This document shows positions 12,805 to 26,500 of a stretch of 64,000 bases of DNA, piece by piece (positions within the stretch are counted from its first letter, which is position 1; each line of letters starts with the position of its first letter). The DNA is from Azolla caroliniana (taxonomy: Eukaryota > Plantae > Polypodiophyta). The notes under the pieces are model-generated. The model worked only from the letters and a program-made list of their open reading frames with translations. It did not search any database and was not told where the DNA came from. The DNA lies in assembly GCA_043228905.1 (NCBI GenBank), contig JBHGNT010000010.1:1798001-1862000 (forward strand). The letters are read 5' to 3'. Position numbers and translations under genes: made by a program.

Positions 12805-13113
12805 TGTGTAAGGTATATGAGTGTGAGTGTGCGGATGAATATGAGCATGTGAACACATGCACAATTGTGTGCATCTGTACACATATGAGAAAACGTGTGT
12901 AAATGGTGAGAAGGTTATGGAGCTACCCTAACGCTCTTGATTTGTAATGGTTACCTCTTGTACATATATAAAACCACCCCATGGGGCATGAAAAGAAATA
13001 GAAGAAGTTTCCCTATTCTATGTTTCTCTCCCTCTCTCTCCCTCGCGCTCAAAACCCCTTGGGAGCGGGGTGGAGTAGTTCTTGGCTCCAGCCTCCACCC
13101 CCCACCCAACAAC
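12805..13113 (+). mobile_element. Probable old solo LTR, related to 61779-62064
   Basis: Shares colinear blocks gtgaacacatgcac, TATA-like + ccc.atgggg.atgaa, CT-rich tract, aaccccttgggag.ggg.tggag and ccacccccaccc with the 61.8-kb copy. Boundaries approximate. Confidence 0.5.
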
Positions 13114-13719
13114 AATGATTTCTAAATCCATATTTTGAGGAGCAGATTATAAGTTCACACAATCTCAAAGGAAAGATACCTTTTTTTTCTCACGTTCCTA
13201 GTCCTTGTAAGTAGTGAATGAGAAGCCTAAGATGTGCAATATAGAAACATGAGAAAGAAATCTAGATAAAAGAAACATAGGTCAACAATATGACTATCAA
13301 GGGAGACGTTTGCTTTAGCAAAGGATTAGTGTTGCCTAAAATAACATTAAGCGTATAAAACAAATATGTCATAGGTGGTAGTGAAGTTGGTGTTTCCGTA
13401 AATATAAAAGAAATGTCATGGCTGAGTCGAGAAAAGAACAAATTTCAATATATTGTAATACTACTACTACTAACATTAATACACATAACTCACTCTTGTT
13501 TTATAATGTATAGATCGACAAATCCGAAATGTTATCTTGTGGTGGCAAGTATATCCTTTGGTTACATATTGATCCTAATTCAGTCTAATCAAATCTTAAA
13601 AATTAGCTACTACAAAAGATATTGTTCTTTATAACATCATAATTTATAATTCAGTCTTATAAATAATGATTCACACTTATATGTGACACTAAAATGATTT
13701 CCCAAATGATCCTCTCTCA

Positions 13720-13960
13720 ATCCCCCACTAGGCCACCAAGTTTAACAAATATTTTTCCCAAATGCACCACAATGCATAATATACTAGTTGCAACTATGGC
13801 AAACAAAATTGTACACTGTGTGTCCATCAATCTCCACAAAAAGTAACTATAACAACCATATAAAAAGTGTGATGCAACCTTGCGTCAAACATGAGAAAAT
13901 ACATTTTCTTAGTAGGCGATGGTGGTGTCTCCATGTACCACAACAAGAATAAATCCTATC
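13720..13960 (-). mobile_element. Highly decayed Copia RNase H and PPT remnant
   Basis: Weak minus-strand similarity (VHGDTTIA..., HF, VEIDGHT) followed by PPT-like TAGTGGGGGA. Many stops. Confidence 0.3.
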
Positions 13961-14276
13961 ACCCAAGGGAGATTCCACCATGAAATAATCTATGAGACTC
14001 CCTTTTTGTTTGATCTAATACATACTGTTGTATTAGTACTAGAAAATGACCAGGTTTCAATTATTGTCTAAAAAGGTTTCCATGCTAAAAATTCTATGAA
14101 ATTAACAAGGAATTCATTTGAGATGATGAAATACATTCATATCTCTTAAAATTGAGTCTTCTAAACTTTAAGGGTATTATGATAAACCTCAAGAGAGAAT
14201 TTGGTCTTTGGGAGTAATCATATATGATATATTCAAATTGGTTCATTCAGAAAATCCAAATTTAACAAGATCATAT

Positions 14277-14341
14277 CCTTGTTTAATTTGTCAAAACCAG
14301 AATGATTTCCTTGTTTAATTTGTCAAAACCAAAATGATTTT
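14277..14341. repeat. 32-bp tandem duplication
   Basis: ccttgtttaatttgtcaaaacca(g/a)aatgattt, two copies. Confidence 0.8.
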
Positions 14342-14817
14342 CTATTCAAGCCGTCAAACCTTCATAGACCTTGTCATGTGTTGTGTTGAAGCAATTACCA
14401 AAGTGAGGTCCAAATTATTATTAATGTTGATTACCATTCACTCATGAGCCACTCTCCAAAGGGCACATCAATATATTATAACCTCATTGGATTGATAAGT
14501 TGAAGATACATATTTGAGGATTCAACATACCCTAAGTTACTTTTTTATTAATGTTAACGATTTTGTGAATGTTAACCTTAATTGCATTGCAATTTGTTTG
14601 ATATTGTTGACTTAGGGCGTTCCCTTATTGCTAAAAGACATTTTAAAGTTAATTGATAATTTCATGGCCGATTTATTCAAACTGCTCTAAAAAACTGGTA
14701 ATAGATATGAGATCGAGAAATGCTCGCCCATTGTTGATTTAAGACATGTGACAAGCAAGAAGCTAGGAAATGGCTATCTCCTTGCAAATTTGAAGATAAA
14801 ATGTACAAAACAAAGTT

Positions 14818-17459
14818 TTACTTTGTGTGGATCTTGGCAGACAACTCTGCTACTCTTGCGGCGACTTGCTCGTAATCAAGTGTTGCATAATCCTCCAATG
14901 TGGAAGAGTGAGCAAGGGAAGCATCGACTAAGACAGTCTTTGCAATGCCACACATGGATGCAACCCTTGGAAGTGGAGGTGGACGCTTAGGGGCCAATGA
15001 TGGCTGGCATTTATGAGGAACCCTCAATAATGAGGATGGCTTGATGTAATAATCACTTTCATATGGACTTGTAAAAGTTGTCTCTACATGGTTATGATTC
15101 CAATGCATGTGACAAGCATCAATATCCTCTTCAGAAGACCCATTATCATTAGCATAATAATTGGACATGTGCTTAGCCTCTTCTCTAGTCACGCTCATCC
15201 CATCGTTGTCTTCACCTTCGGGAAACATGTAATCCCATGTCTCTATGTGCTTCGTAGCATTATCCTTGGTTTTCCTTTTATTTACTCTTCTACATATTCT
15301 CTTGAATTGTGAATTGTAAGTATGCTTGCCATACAATGAACTCATGTCGTCAAGTGATGAATTCATATCATAAACCCTTGCATTTGGACAAGCTTGTGCC
15401 AACACTACATTTGGTCCTCCATTTAGTATTGATAACTTGTTTTCCTTGTTTTCTTCTTCCAAGCTATCATGTTGCTTGTATTCTTCTGACTTTAGTGATG
15501 CAATGAAAAGCTTACGTTCATTCGCTTCATTTGCTTGCGTACTTCTATTCAAAATTTCAAGTAATTCCTTTGGTACGCCACCATCTTTCTTGTCACTCTT
15601 TTTCAACACATACTCATTCAATTCTTCCTTGAGATCCTCTGGGGGTCCTTTTGTTGACAAGAAGTTCAATAACTATACATAAGTGGCATAGTTGGGAGAC
15701 CACAAGTCAGAACACAAGATTTGATTTCATACAACGTCATGACAACAAATCAAAAGCATATAATAAAAACATCGCATTCATGATAAGACAATGCATGCTT
15801 ATCATGCATCGACTACGTGAAGTCAGTTACATCTAATGAGTTTTTGGGTCATTATTCTTCTATTACTAAGACACTTACTGTATTTAGAGTATCAGGTATA
15901 CCCGTACTCTTAACCATGCTCATTTGGATGCTAAAGAAAATGGACATGCATTGAAGTTTATTCTTAATGAAGGTACATAAATACTTACTGATCGGTTGAC
16001 GTAGGAATCATCCTTCAACTCCTGTGCCGAGATTACAAAATCGGATCCATACTTCATAGCAAAGATTTCACGCAGTTCTTGCAACTCCGGGAAAACCGAG
16101 CAACGAGATGCCACAAAGCACAAACTTGCCACTGACTCTTCCAAGTCAATAGGACAGTGTCTGTATCCTTACAAAGGATTGATGAGTATATAAGAGAAAC
16201 CACTAAATGATGTATTGTCACTCTATAACAAAACAAAACTAGGAAATTTCTATTACCTTTGGCCAGCAATGATGCTTATATTAATTCGGACTTTATCACA
16301 GTATTCTTGAACTTTGATGTAAAGAGAAAGCAGGCATAGCTCAATCCACAGACATTCTAGCTGTTCCATACATTGAAAAAAGGTGAAGGGAATGGGTAAG
16401 AATATCCAGATAATTAACCATGAACACAAAACTCTCTTCCTCCCTATCTCTCTAAACATATGCATATACATGCACACACACACACATACATACATAAATA
16501 CATACATAAATACATTCATACAGACATATACATACATACATACATACATTCATACATTCATACAGACATATACATACATACATACATACATACATATACA
16601 AATACATTCATACGCACATATATACACACATATGCGCATACATACAAACAAATATCCACATACATGCTGCACCCACATTAATTAATGTGTGTGTGTGTGC
16701 ATATCTATACAAACTCACTAAAACATACATACATTTTCACATGAAGATATATGTATTCATATCCACACAAGCACATACACACCTACTCATACATACATAC
16801 ATACATACATACATACATACATAAAACATACATACACATACTCATACACATGCATACACACATATGCACATACATCCTCCCACATAAATGAATGTGTGAC
16901 ATGTGCATATCCATACAAACTCACTAAATTTTCACATGAAGATATATGTATGCATCTCCACACAAGGACAGACACATACATCCACATCCTCCATGCTCAT
17001 GTACGAGTACTTATGCATATCCATAGGGTATGCATACACAAGGATGTGATCAATTTGAGATTACCTGCATTTGTGCCTTCCGGTTTTTGCCACAATTCAT
17101 GAGCTGAGCCACTTGTCGTAGCAGGTGACAGAGCTGAACCTCTCTCCTTCCCCTCAGGATTTGTACCCTCGCGATTGTGGTCTCCAATAGTTTCTTGCTG
17201 ATAGAGAACAAGAAATTAACAGCTAAATAAAGAGAACAAAAACAAAAGACCAAAGAGTTTATACAGTCTCGATGAATGAAAGGGAATGCAGACTGAAGCA
17301 AACCCATTGTGATATATGCACGGCTGAAGAAAACCCACAAAGGGAAGGTGCTTGAAAAACAAGAATCTAAAGGAGAAGTCTTAAGAGTGGTTACTTTTAC
17401 CATTTTGATTTCTGAAAGCTGCGGACCATGCCAAGAAAGGAAAGCACAAAGAGAAGCAT
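14818..17459 (-). CDS. IST1-like protein (regulator of Vps4 activity in the MVB pathway); exons 17459-17401, 17197-17065, 16360-16257, 16160-15989, 15672-14818
   Basis: Spliced product ...RSFQKSKCKKLLETTIARVQILRGRRE...CPIDLEESVASLCFVASRCSVFPELQELREIFAMKYG. The C-terminal HSSTLEDYATLDYEQVAARVAEL resembles the HPKLPDYD.LAARF end of plant IST1-like proteins. The start could instead be the ATG at 17429. Confidence 0.82.
16455..16990. repeat. Compound (ATAC)n/(AC)n microsatellite in IST1-like intron 2
   Basis: Long runs of ATAC/ACAT, plus a duplicated block tacaaactcactaaa...ttttcacatgaagatatatgta. Confidence 0.9.
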
Positions 17460-17486
17460 GATGACCGATTAGGGTTCAGCTAAAGG

Positions 17487-17510
17487 TTAGGGTTAGGGTT
17501 AGGGTTAGGG
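17487..17510 (+). repeat. (TTAGGG)4 telomere-like tract just upstream of the IST1-like start codon
   Basis: ttagggttagggttagggttaggg, with another ttaggg at 17469. Confidence 0.85.
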
Positions 17511-18265
17511 TAAAACCTTAGAACTAACCCATGCATTGCAGCATCAGATTTCCTTATAAAGGAGGAGGGCATTCCTCAGTGTCTCCCATTTCCAAGTCTT
17601 TTATTATTATTTCTTTATTTCCATTTTCCCCTCCCCAAACCCCCACCAACACCAAAGAAGACCTTAGAATCTTCCCTAAGACCTTAGAATCTTTCATAGT
17701 TTAATTAATACTAGCTTTTGCTTTTTGGACAAAAAATAATAATACTAGCTTTTGCTTTTTGGAAGAAGAAAAAAAAAATTCTAGCTTTTGCGAAAGCAAA
17801 ATCCTCATGTTTTTCGTTGCGCTAGGAGCACCCACCCCGACCCAACCCACACGATACCTCTCTCGCCCGCCCGTCTCTTCCTGCCCACCTTGTCCTAGTT
17901 ATATCCTATTGTTACTTTTCGGTGAAATGGGATATGCCTTGCTCTTCGCTCGAAGTGTGGCATCCTGAGGAGCCTTCATAACCCCGCCGTGACCAACACC
18001 CCCCTTGATGAAACACCATGTCTAGGACTCACACAAAAATATACAGCGCATTGCACGTAGCTCCCTCTCTGAAGTCTTTGCAGTTAACCATGGAGATGAA
18101 AACCAAGTGCCACATGCATGTGCTCGTGATTTAGCTCCCTTTTTATTTATGAGAATGGATAAACGACGACAGAAACCAAGCTCCACACACACACATCATG
18201 GATCAACAACAAGGTGTTAAGAAGTCTCGTGCACATGTCCAAAGGATTCATAAGAAAGTAGATAT

Positions 18266-18303
<38 letters not shown>

Positions 18304-19199
18304 TAAATAATCACTTAACAGTAGAAACCCTCGCAAGGGAGAATGTTCCCTACGAATTCGTAAGAGACATGAAAGAAACAAACAAAGGAACTAATAACCC
18401 AAATAATAGAAGTGATTAGTGACATCAACAAATCAATAAACGTTCGAAGTCATTAAAAACATGGAACAAATCAACAATGGTGTAAATCGTCACATATATA
18501 TTATAAAAATGAAAAATATAAAATTAGGGTTTCCACTTAGAAATATGACTATAGATATGGTCCCAGATCTTGTTTACATAATGTAGAGAGTGGATCTTGT
18601 ACGGATCATGTTCCCATGTTAAGAAAATGGACAATGGTTTACAATCGATCCACAATTTGTATTTTAATGTTCTATGGAACGAACACATCTATCGATTCAC
18701 CCTAACACTTTATGTACCACTAACGCCAAAAGAAGATAATCTTGCAATAGTTTATTTCTTCTTTTACATCTTTTCCTCACCAAGTTGAATAAATAAATCT
18801 CGTATCGCTCCCAACTTTTTGTTTTTTCGATAAAAACATTGTATGTAATCCTCAATGGTGCACATATGACTGTCTAAAACTTGGAGTGACTCTTGTAGGA
18901 TGAACGCCTACTTTTGAATCTTCTTGCTTTACTACGTTTATCAAAATCGCTAAAGAGAATATTTCAATATCCAAAGACATAATTTTTATTATCTTCTTTT
19001 GTAAATAAGGAAATCACAATGTAAACACACACACACGTGACACATCTTCTTTGTGCCAAATAAAATCTAGATAAAGGAAGAAAAGAAAAATAGTGCAAGT
19101 TGGTTAGCAACAATCCATATTTCCATTTGTGGCATCAATTATTTAAGCAATATAATATTGTGCATTAGTATTTCTAGCAACTCTAGACACTATCCTATC

Positions 19200-20000
19200 C
19201 TTGCTGGTCAATCCATATGATTGACACTTGTAGTGTCTTGATTCAAGCTCATTACAAATGCACCCATAAACTTAATTGTTTGTTGACTTTAGATGCACTT
19301 CCTTGGAAATACATATTCAATTACTCTATGGTGGGAGAGATCCCCGATGTAGAAATGGAAGTTCACATCACTAAGAAGAGATATTTGAACAAGAAAATAC
19401 ATCCATTGTTCTTTGGTTTTTAACACATATTTTTTATGGATAAGCTTGTGCCAACACATTAGACCCGTTGCTAGTATATCCAAATAGGACGACGTTGGAA
19501 TAGAGTTTTGTAAATTTAATGGAATGATAGTTTAAGAAAAGCTCCATCAACTCTACCAATAGTCCCTAATTGTAAATTGTATAGGGATCCTTTCATTAAC
19601 ATAGTATTCTTCCTTTAACTTTGAAATATATCTCCATTTTTTTACAACACTCCTTTACCAATGTAATTTGATGCTGACAAAACTACTAAACAAAACAACC
19701 TCATTTTCATGCTCAAGAAGTTAAGCCAATGCATTCTATTATAATCATATGGACTCAATATATATTTTGGCGTTTGCTTCATTTAGTTGCAATAGTCTTA
19801 ATCCATTTCTATAAGACATCAACCACCCTTGCTTGCTCCATGGTGGAATCACCATTGTAAACTACACATACGATTTTCATTTAAACCATACGATAATTGA
19901 TGTTCATGTTTATACCCACTTATATTGATGTCAAGCACTAGCATAAGTTAAGACATCTACGAGACACTTTTTGCACCTATCTCATGGAGGAAAAATGTTT
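19200..20000 (-). mobile_element. Degenerate Mutator (MULE) transposase remnant
   Basis: Minus-strand fragments occur in the expected order: DGAFLK (first catalytic D region), TKEQWMYFL (cf. ENKESW.WFL), IGD...VIEYVFP (cf. ISDR.KGL..AV..VFP). Many stops and frameshifts, boundaries approximate. Confidence 0.5.
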
Positions 20001-21241
20001 TGCAAACTCTAGTACCAGAATCTCACACATGTGATATGTTTGATATCAACATTTCAATGTAATTGATTTCTTTGGTATGTTTTGGTGTTATTATTATATG
20101 GATCCCAATTGACTTTGCTTTACTTTTTAAAGTCAATTGTAGATTTATTGCGTATGTTACTGGACTTGTTACAATCCCATTATATTTTGTAAGAAGACAT
20201 TAGTGCACTTTCTTTGAGTTCCTCACTTCTCGTGACAAGGACTCCACACTCTTCATCTAATCTCAAAGATTATTTACCCTAGTAAAAGGACTCCACACTC
20301 TTCATAACCCATTAATTTTTATTGGATTTTGGTCTTGTGCCAAATCTTGAAATCATAAGAAAGGATATGCAATGTCTATGAAGCTTTATCCAAGAAGATA
20401 ATGAAAAAGAAAATATCATAAACATTCTTCCATGTTGGTCATTGTTGTTATGGGAGTACAAATGGTGGCTTGTTCTACTATGATAATCTCTTTGACAAAT
20501 CATTTTCTCTAGATCTAAATAAAACCCCTTGAAGGTATTTCACCAAATCCAAGTTGGGTTTAATCTCTTACTTTGTGGTTGGTCCAATTAAGACTTCCAT
20601 TTAGAAATATTGATGTTCCATCCTTGATCCATGTGTTTCAACAATATCGTTTTGATCCGTTGTTGTCACTTTACTAGCAATTCAATTCGTCTTCAAAATT
20701 TCGACGTTTTGAGTGGACACTTTCCTTGGCATGTTCCAACTTCTACAAATGATCATACCATTTGTGTGTTGGTTAGATAAGAAGGCTCACATTTGAAAAC
20801 ATCAATTTGGTGTAGCTGCAATATGGTTATATTATTCGGTAAAAGAAGAAAAAACCTTGGGTGTGAAAGAGCTATCTTGGTTTGTAGTTTGGGCGAGAGA
20901 GGAGCTTAAGATATGTGAGCCTCATCTTAGAAGAAAGGCCTATTGCATTCCAACATATCCGTTCAATCTAGCCGATCAACGAGTTCCTTGAGGGTGTGAA
21001 AAGCCTAACATATAGAGACGTAACATATCGTTCAATCTACCCGATCAAGGACGGTGTTCCTTAGGGGGTGTGAAAGAGCAAACCTATAGAGAGCCAAGTG
21101 TGAAAAGGCAAAGAAAGATGAGAGAGAGAGAGAGAGAGGAGGAGTGTGTGCCACGAGAGAACCCTTGTTGAACTACACCCAAAGCTCTCCTTACATTGTC
21201 ATAACTTATCTGTGAGAGAGTGAGAGAGAGAGAGAGAGAGA

Positions 21242-21838
21242 ATGGACAAGCTAGAAGAGATGGTGCCCGGGAACACGCAAGTCGGGGCGATAGGAGTGGT
21301 TCCTACGCAAAGCATTGTGACGGTGGCGGCGATGACCCTCTACCTCTATGCAATAAGCAAGTGGGTGTTCCCACCAATAATTAGGGGCGGTGCGATACCG
21401 CCAGTATACGAGGGGAGCCGCCTCTTAAAGGTCTATGTCACTGTGGCGGGTTTCGTGGGACTATACATCCCAATTGCATACATAGTGTGGTGTGCGTGCT
21501 CATACTCGGCGGGCGAGCTTCCGGTTTCACACTTGGAGGCCATGATCTCCCACACATTCCTTTTGGCCGCCCAAGTTGTCTCGGAGCGGCTCTCTTTTTC
21601 GTGCTCTTTCTCACTCCCGGCGCGCGCCCTCGTGCCGATCTTTTATAACAGCGTGCGGCTTTATGACATTTGGGCGTGGCTCCATTCGCCACATCATACC
21701 TCTTTCTCCCACTCCCTTGCCCTCTCTAACCTTATCCTTTGGTCTTTTAACCTCTTATGCTTCTTAATCCCCATCTACCTCCCCACTTGCCTCCACATGT
21801 ATTACTCCCAAGCCTTTAAGAACACTCACCGCTCCTGA
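21242..21838 (+). CDS. Intronless multi-pass membrane protein of unknown function (conserved plant family, At1g27990/At5g52420-like)
   Basis: 198-aa ORF behind a GA-rich 5' UTR. Motifs GSRLLKVYVTVAGFVGLYIPIAY, HTFLLAAQVVSE, FSLPARALVPIFYN, LALSNLILWSFNLLCFLIPIYLP match my recollection of this family. Several hydrophobic helices. Confidence 0.85.
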   Translation: MDKLEEMVPGNTQVGAIGVVPTQSIVTVAAMTLYLYAISKWVFPPIIRGGAIPPVYEGSRLLKVYVTVAGFVGLYIPIAYIVWCACSYSAGELPVSHLEAMISHTFLLAAQVVSERLSFSCSFSLPARALVPIFYNSVRLYDIWAWLHSPHHTSFSHSLALSNLILWSFNLLCFLIPIYLPTCLHMYYSQAFKNTHRS

Positions 21839-23552
21839 CTGAAAGCCATAGTTGTATTAAAAATGTAGACTATATTGTCATTTGCCTTGTTAATCTATGT
21901 TTAGAATGGTCATTTTGTGTAGTTTTTATAGATACAATCCCTTAAGAAAGACAACAAGTGTTTGTGAAAAAAAAACATATTCATATGTCGTTGCTTATAT
22001 AATGAAAGACCTCGAATTTTTCTTTTATCTCCACATGCCCTCGAGTTTTCTTTGTTTCATGACACCCCCTCGGTCAACCTCAATCCACCTTTTCTCTCTT
22101 TGGAGGGTTGCCTAAGGATGTCAAGAAATAAAAAAAACCAAGGCCTTTACGAAAAAAACGTTAACCCAAGGTATGATAATGATTGTCCTTGGCCTACATA
22201 CCACTCTTTGCCAATACATTATATTATTGCAACATTATATGTTAGGCATAGCATATCCTTGAAATTTGATATTCATTAATGAACCATAGGCATTAAGGTC
22301 ATGTCGTCGAGATTGAATGTAATGGTTCACATCATTATGATGCTTTTTAAATGCATGTGGTTGTGATTTATCCATGATTGTGAGGATATGAAGCAATTTT
22401 CTACGCATGTCTAATATGATAGAAATGTGTTTTGTTTGATTACATGTCTTTAGTAGAATTTCCTCACCCATATAATTAATTATGTCAACTACCCAAAGCC
22501 CAAGGCTTTGATATGTCTCTTGGCATAGAATAAAGTTGGCTGCCGAGTAGCATTATTTTACAAAGTTTGCTTAGCATGTTCCATCTTGGGAAGATATTAT
22601 TTCGTTTATGCTTGGTAGCTTATTCATTGAGTTTCAAAAAGTTACTTTCAAAATGGCTAGGTGCATTGGGACATTGGTTGCAAAACAAATTCTACCAATT
22701 GACAAGAAAACTACAATCTTTCAATCTCACTATAAACATAGAATATAGACGCCATATATATGTGTCATTTTTCAAGAATATTGGACTGTGATCTATATTG
22801 AATCGGCTAAGCATTGATAAAAAATATTGATCAATCAAATTTGTCCACAACAAACTATATCACTATCACTTCATTGTCTACAATCAGCTATTCCAACTAA
22901 ACCCTTCAGGTTTCATTGTACCACAATTTCACAAGGCGAAATGGTCTCAACAAGAAGAAATTCACAACGTAAACAATGTTACATGGTTACACAATGACGT
23001 TTATGCGAGTTTCTAACATTATGAGAGGGACTGAATAATCTTGTATAAAATGATAACTGTGGCATTTATATAGTGAAGAAACAAGGAATTGTATTCTGTT
23101 ATCCCTTGCTAGAAGGCATATAGGACCAATGATCAATATAGAAGTTAATACAGTCCATTTCTTAATGGATAACACCGAAGATACATGTAATTGCTAAAAA
23201 AACTAACACCTTCACCAACTTGATGGAACTACAATAGCAGGATGACAAACTAAAATTTACATCTAGCATAATTGTCATATTCTATGTTCTTCCTCGAAGT
23301 TTATTGTAGCTTATCAGGCTGTATAAAGATTAGCATAGGACTAAATGTACATCCACAATATGAGAAAAATGGTCAAGGCCTTGCATTAAAAACATTGGTA
23401 GGTACAAAAACAGATTGTTTCAGTATAAATTATAGTGTACAATTTCCTATGATCCACTGCTGGATTATAAACAAGTTTTACAATCATCACCCAAAAAGAA
23501 TATAAATAATTGAGAAAAGCACTTGAATGTTCCACTTCCACACACCCTCCTT

Positions 23553-26500
23553 TCAAAATAGCTCCTGGGTGTTGAAGGTCTTCCAAGCTTCCTGTGAAAA
23601 AAGCAAAGAGCTTAGTATTAATTGGATTCTGGAATAATAACACCAAGACAGGGTGGTGTGGTTCCTCGCGTTTCTAAGCCATAGCTCAGGAGTAAAAAAT
23701 ACAGAACCCTACAGACTTGCTAAATATAAATGGTTGGGCATCCTAAGTTAATGAAACCCTAAAGGAATAAAAAATTAGGTTAGCCTCTGAGATTTTCACA
23801 AATTTTAGCATTTTCCTCTTTTTTATTATTATTAATGCCCCTTTTTAAAAGCCATATTGAAAAGTTTATCATTCTGTACATCAAATGAGACAAAATTTCC
23901 CATAGTGTTTTTGTACCTGAAGAATATCGAATACCCTCCCTGCAATATATTTCTGCTGGAGTGTTGCTGATTTCTGCTGCAGCTTATCAGGATGTATGAA
24001 TAATGTTGCTTTCCTGTAAGCCTTTTTAACATCGGATCCCTCTATCAAACTTGTAAGAGGGAGAGTTGTCCACCCACTATCTGGCCAGAGGACCTGGAAA
24101 AGTAGCCATAAAAGAACTCAAAAACTTGGTCACATTTGGGATTAACACAGACACAAATGGATAGTTAGATAGTTATAAATATAATATATTGCATAAAAGA
24201 GCCTCACATATTGAAGGTTGGATAGAAGTGCTCGCAAGTTTCCCTCTTTCCCTGCAGCCCATTGTTTTATCTTCCGATCAGAAGATTCTGCGAGTTGCTG
24301 TAAGAAAGATTGACCATAACATCAATGCACATAACATTTCAGAGAACCTAAATCTGGATCTCTATCACCGTAAATCCTCTGTAAAATCATATTTTAAATA
24401 TCCAAATGAATTCAAACACTGCTCTTACAAATACAACTCAGTAAATGATTAAAAAACCAGATGAAGATAAGAGATATATGTGGTGAGGAGACAAACCAAA
24501 TGACTAACAATGCAATTATCTAATTCTTGCAATTCAGTTTTTCAATAGTAAGGGAATGATGGAAAGGCATCCTATATAAGCATGTGCACCAATGTAGTTT
24601 ATGTTGGCAGTTTACGTATTCACGCTTGACCTCCATCCAGTATAGTGTGGAAGCCATCATTAAATCAGATACTAATCAGGACTAGTGCATCCTCCGGGTG
24701 TGATGAAAGATTCCAATAGATACCATCATTTGGCACTGATGAGTCATGGCATCCTAGATCAATACAGTTCCACAAAATCCTCCCCAATCGCGTGAAATGT
24801 GTGATTGGCTAGCTCCATTCATCACCACATCATCCTCAAGTCAGATACTTATTATGCCATAGTGAGATGCACAGAGACATAACCGCTGCACATTTCAATT
24901 CCCAGCCTACAAGGACATCACAATAAAAAACGCTCTCCTTTTCTGTGAACAGCTTACAAGAAGAGCAGAAAGCTTAGGTTTTTCCCTCTAGACTGTTATA
25001 ACATGACCCGATGCTATGACCCACACGAAAGTTAGTCTCATGCACCATGTCCACCTTACAAGCATTCTGGATCCCTATACATTTTGGGAGTACAAAATGC
25101 TCTTGAGGACTGCGAGATGCATATATATTACAGAAAAATCTAGATCATCACCGCATGCTTCCAGGATTTCTTCATGATCCTTCATGAGAAGAAGATATTC
25201 ACAACAATGCCAGCATGGCTAGTTTGAGATACTCTAGGATCACTGTTCCCAGAATTTATGTTGTATTGTGTGCCTTCTTTCATTCCCAATTTTTTTAATA
25301 AATGAATCCTTCAAATTACTATATAGTGTAGTTACATTGAGACGTAAATGTTTATCATTATTGCAGGTAAATGCTTATAACATGTAGTTACAACGTCACA
25401 GAATCCAACAATTTCCTTTACCCAAATGATAGTTCACTATCTACAAGCACTGCATCAAAATGCTAGTTGGTAATCATGAGTTATAGTCTGTCTTCCTGTG
25501 TGGTTGAGTGTATTAGGCCACCACCTTTTAGGTAATGCCTCCATAGATGGCTAACAAATCAAGTTCCATCCTTTGTGATTTCCAAAATACTCATTAGTGG
25601 CTTTTGCCTCATTACTACACCTGATTTTTGTGGATAAGCACTCTCCTTGTGAGCATTGGGAGGTAGGTTTGCATGTGTGTGTTATCTTCAGCAAAACATG
25701 GGTAAGTTTACTCATATGTTTTTATATACTTAAGACAAATTTCTTTTACTATAATTGTCTAATGGAAAAATGAAATATTACTTGTTTTTCCTCTTGCTCA
25801 CGTTGCAATTCAGCTTCTCGTTGTTGCATCTCCTCCACTGCTTTTGCCTAACAGTAAAATGGATAAAGGTTACAAAAAGAGCTTCATTAAGTTCATAAAG
25901 TCTACCACACAAGCCCCACCGCTCTCTCTTTCGTTCGCACATGGCGCTCTAATCTTGATTTTCTTCGTTCCAATGACTCTCCTTCTATTTCTTGAAACCC
26001 ATCTAATGAGGACACAAGACCTGTTAAGAGTATCAAATATGCCTGAGCACAAATGTAATGAATTTCAATCGGCAATTGTTAGAAATATTATAGAAGTTCA
26101 ATAAGTTAACACTAGGTACTCACCTAAGAAACACTCTATATCTTCAATCTCTTCCCTCGGTGATATGTCGAACTCCTCATTCAATTGCACAACATCCTGT
26201 TTGACATGGAATTTATGAGTGAGATTTTATAAGAAAAGGTCATGAAGGTGAACTTTACTGTAGAAATGGATAGCCCAATAAAGCATGTAACATCAAATCA
26301 TAGAATACTGTGTTGCTCATAATTTATGGTATCTAATCCTCGTAAAGTTTTACATGTAGCTGTGATACATAGAGGACAGTACATTGGATATGATTATTAT
26401 CCTCCATTTTAAAGATTCAGGAGCTGTTTGTATTCCTGAGCAGCATCCGTTATCTGTATTTTCCTCTTCTTCCTAGTCAAGGATTCTAGAATTTAGATGA

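Noticed and set aside
16253-16987. ORFs rich in Y/I/H/T or M/Y/V/C
   Set aside because: They are translations of the (ATAC)n microsatellite in an intron.
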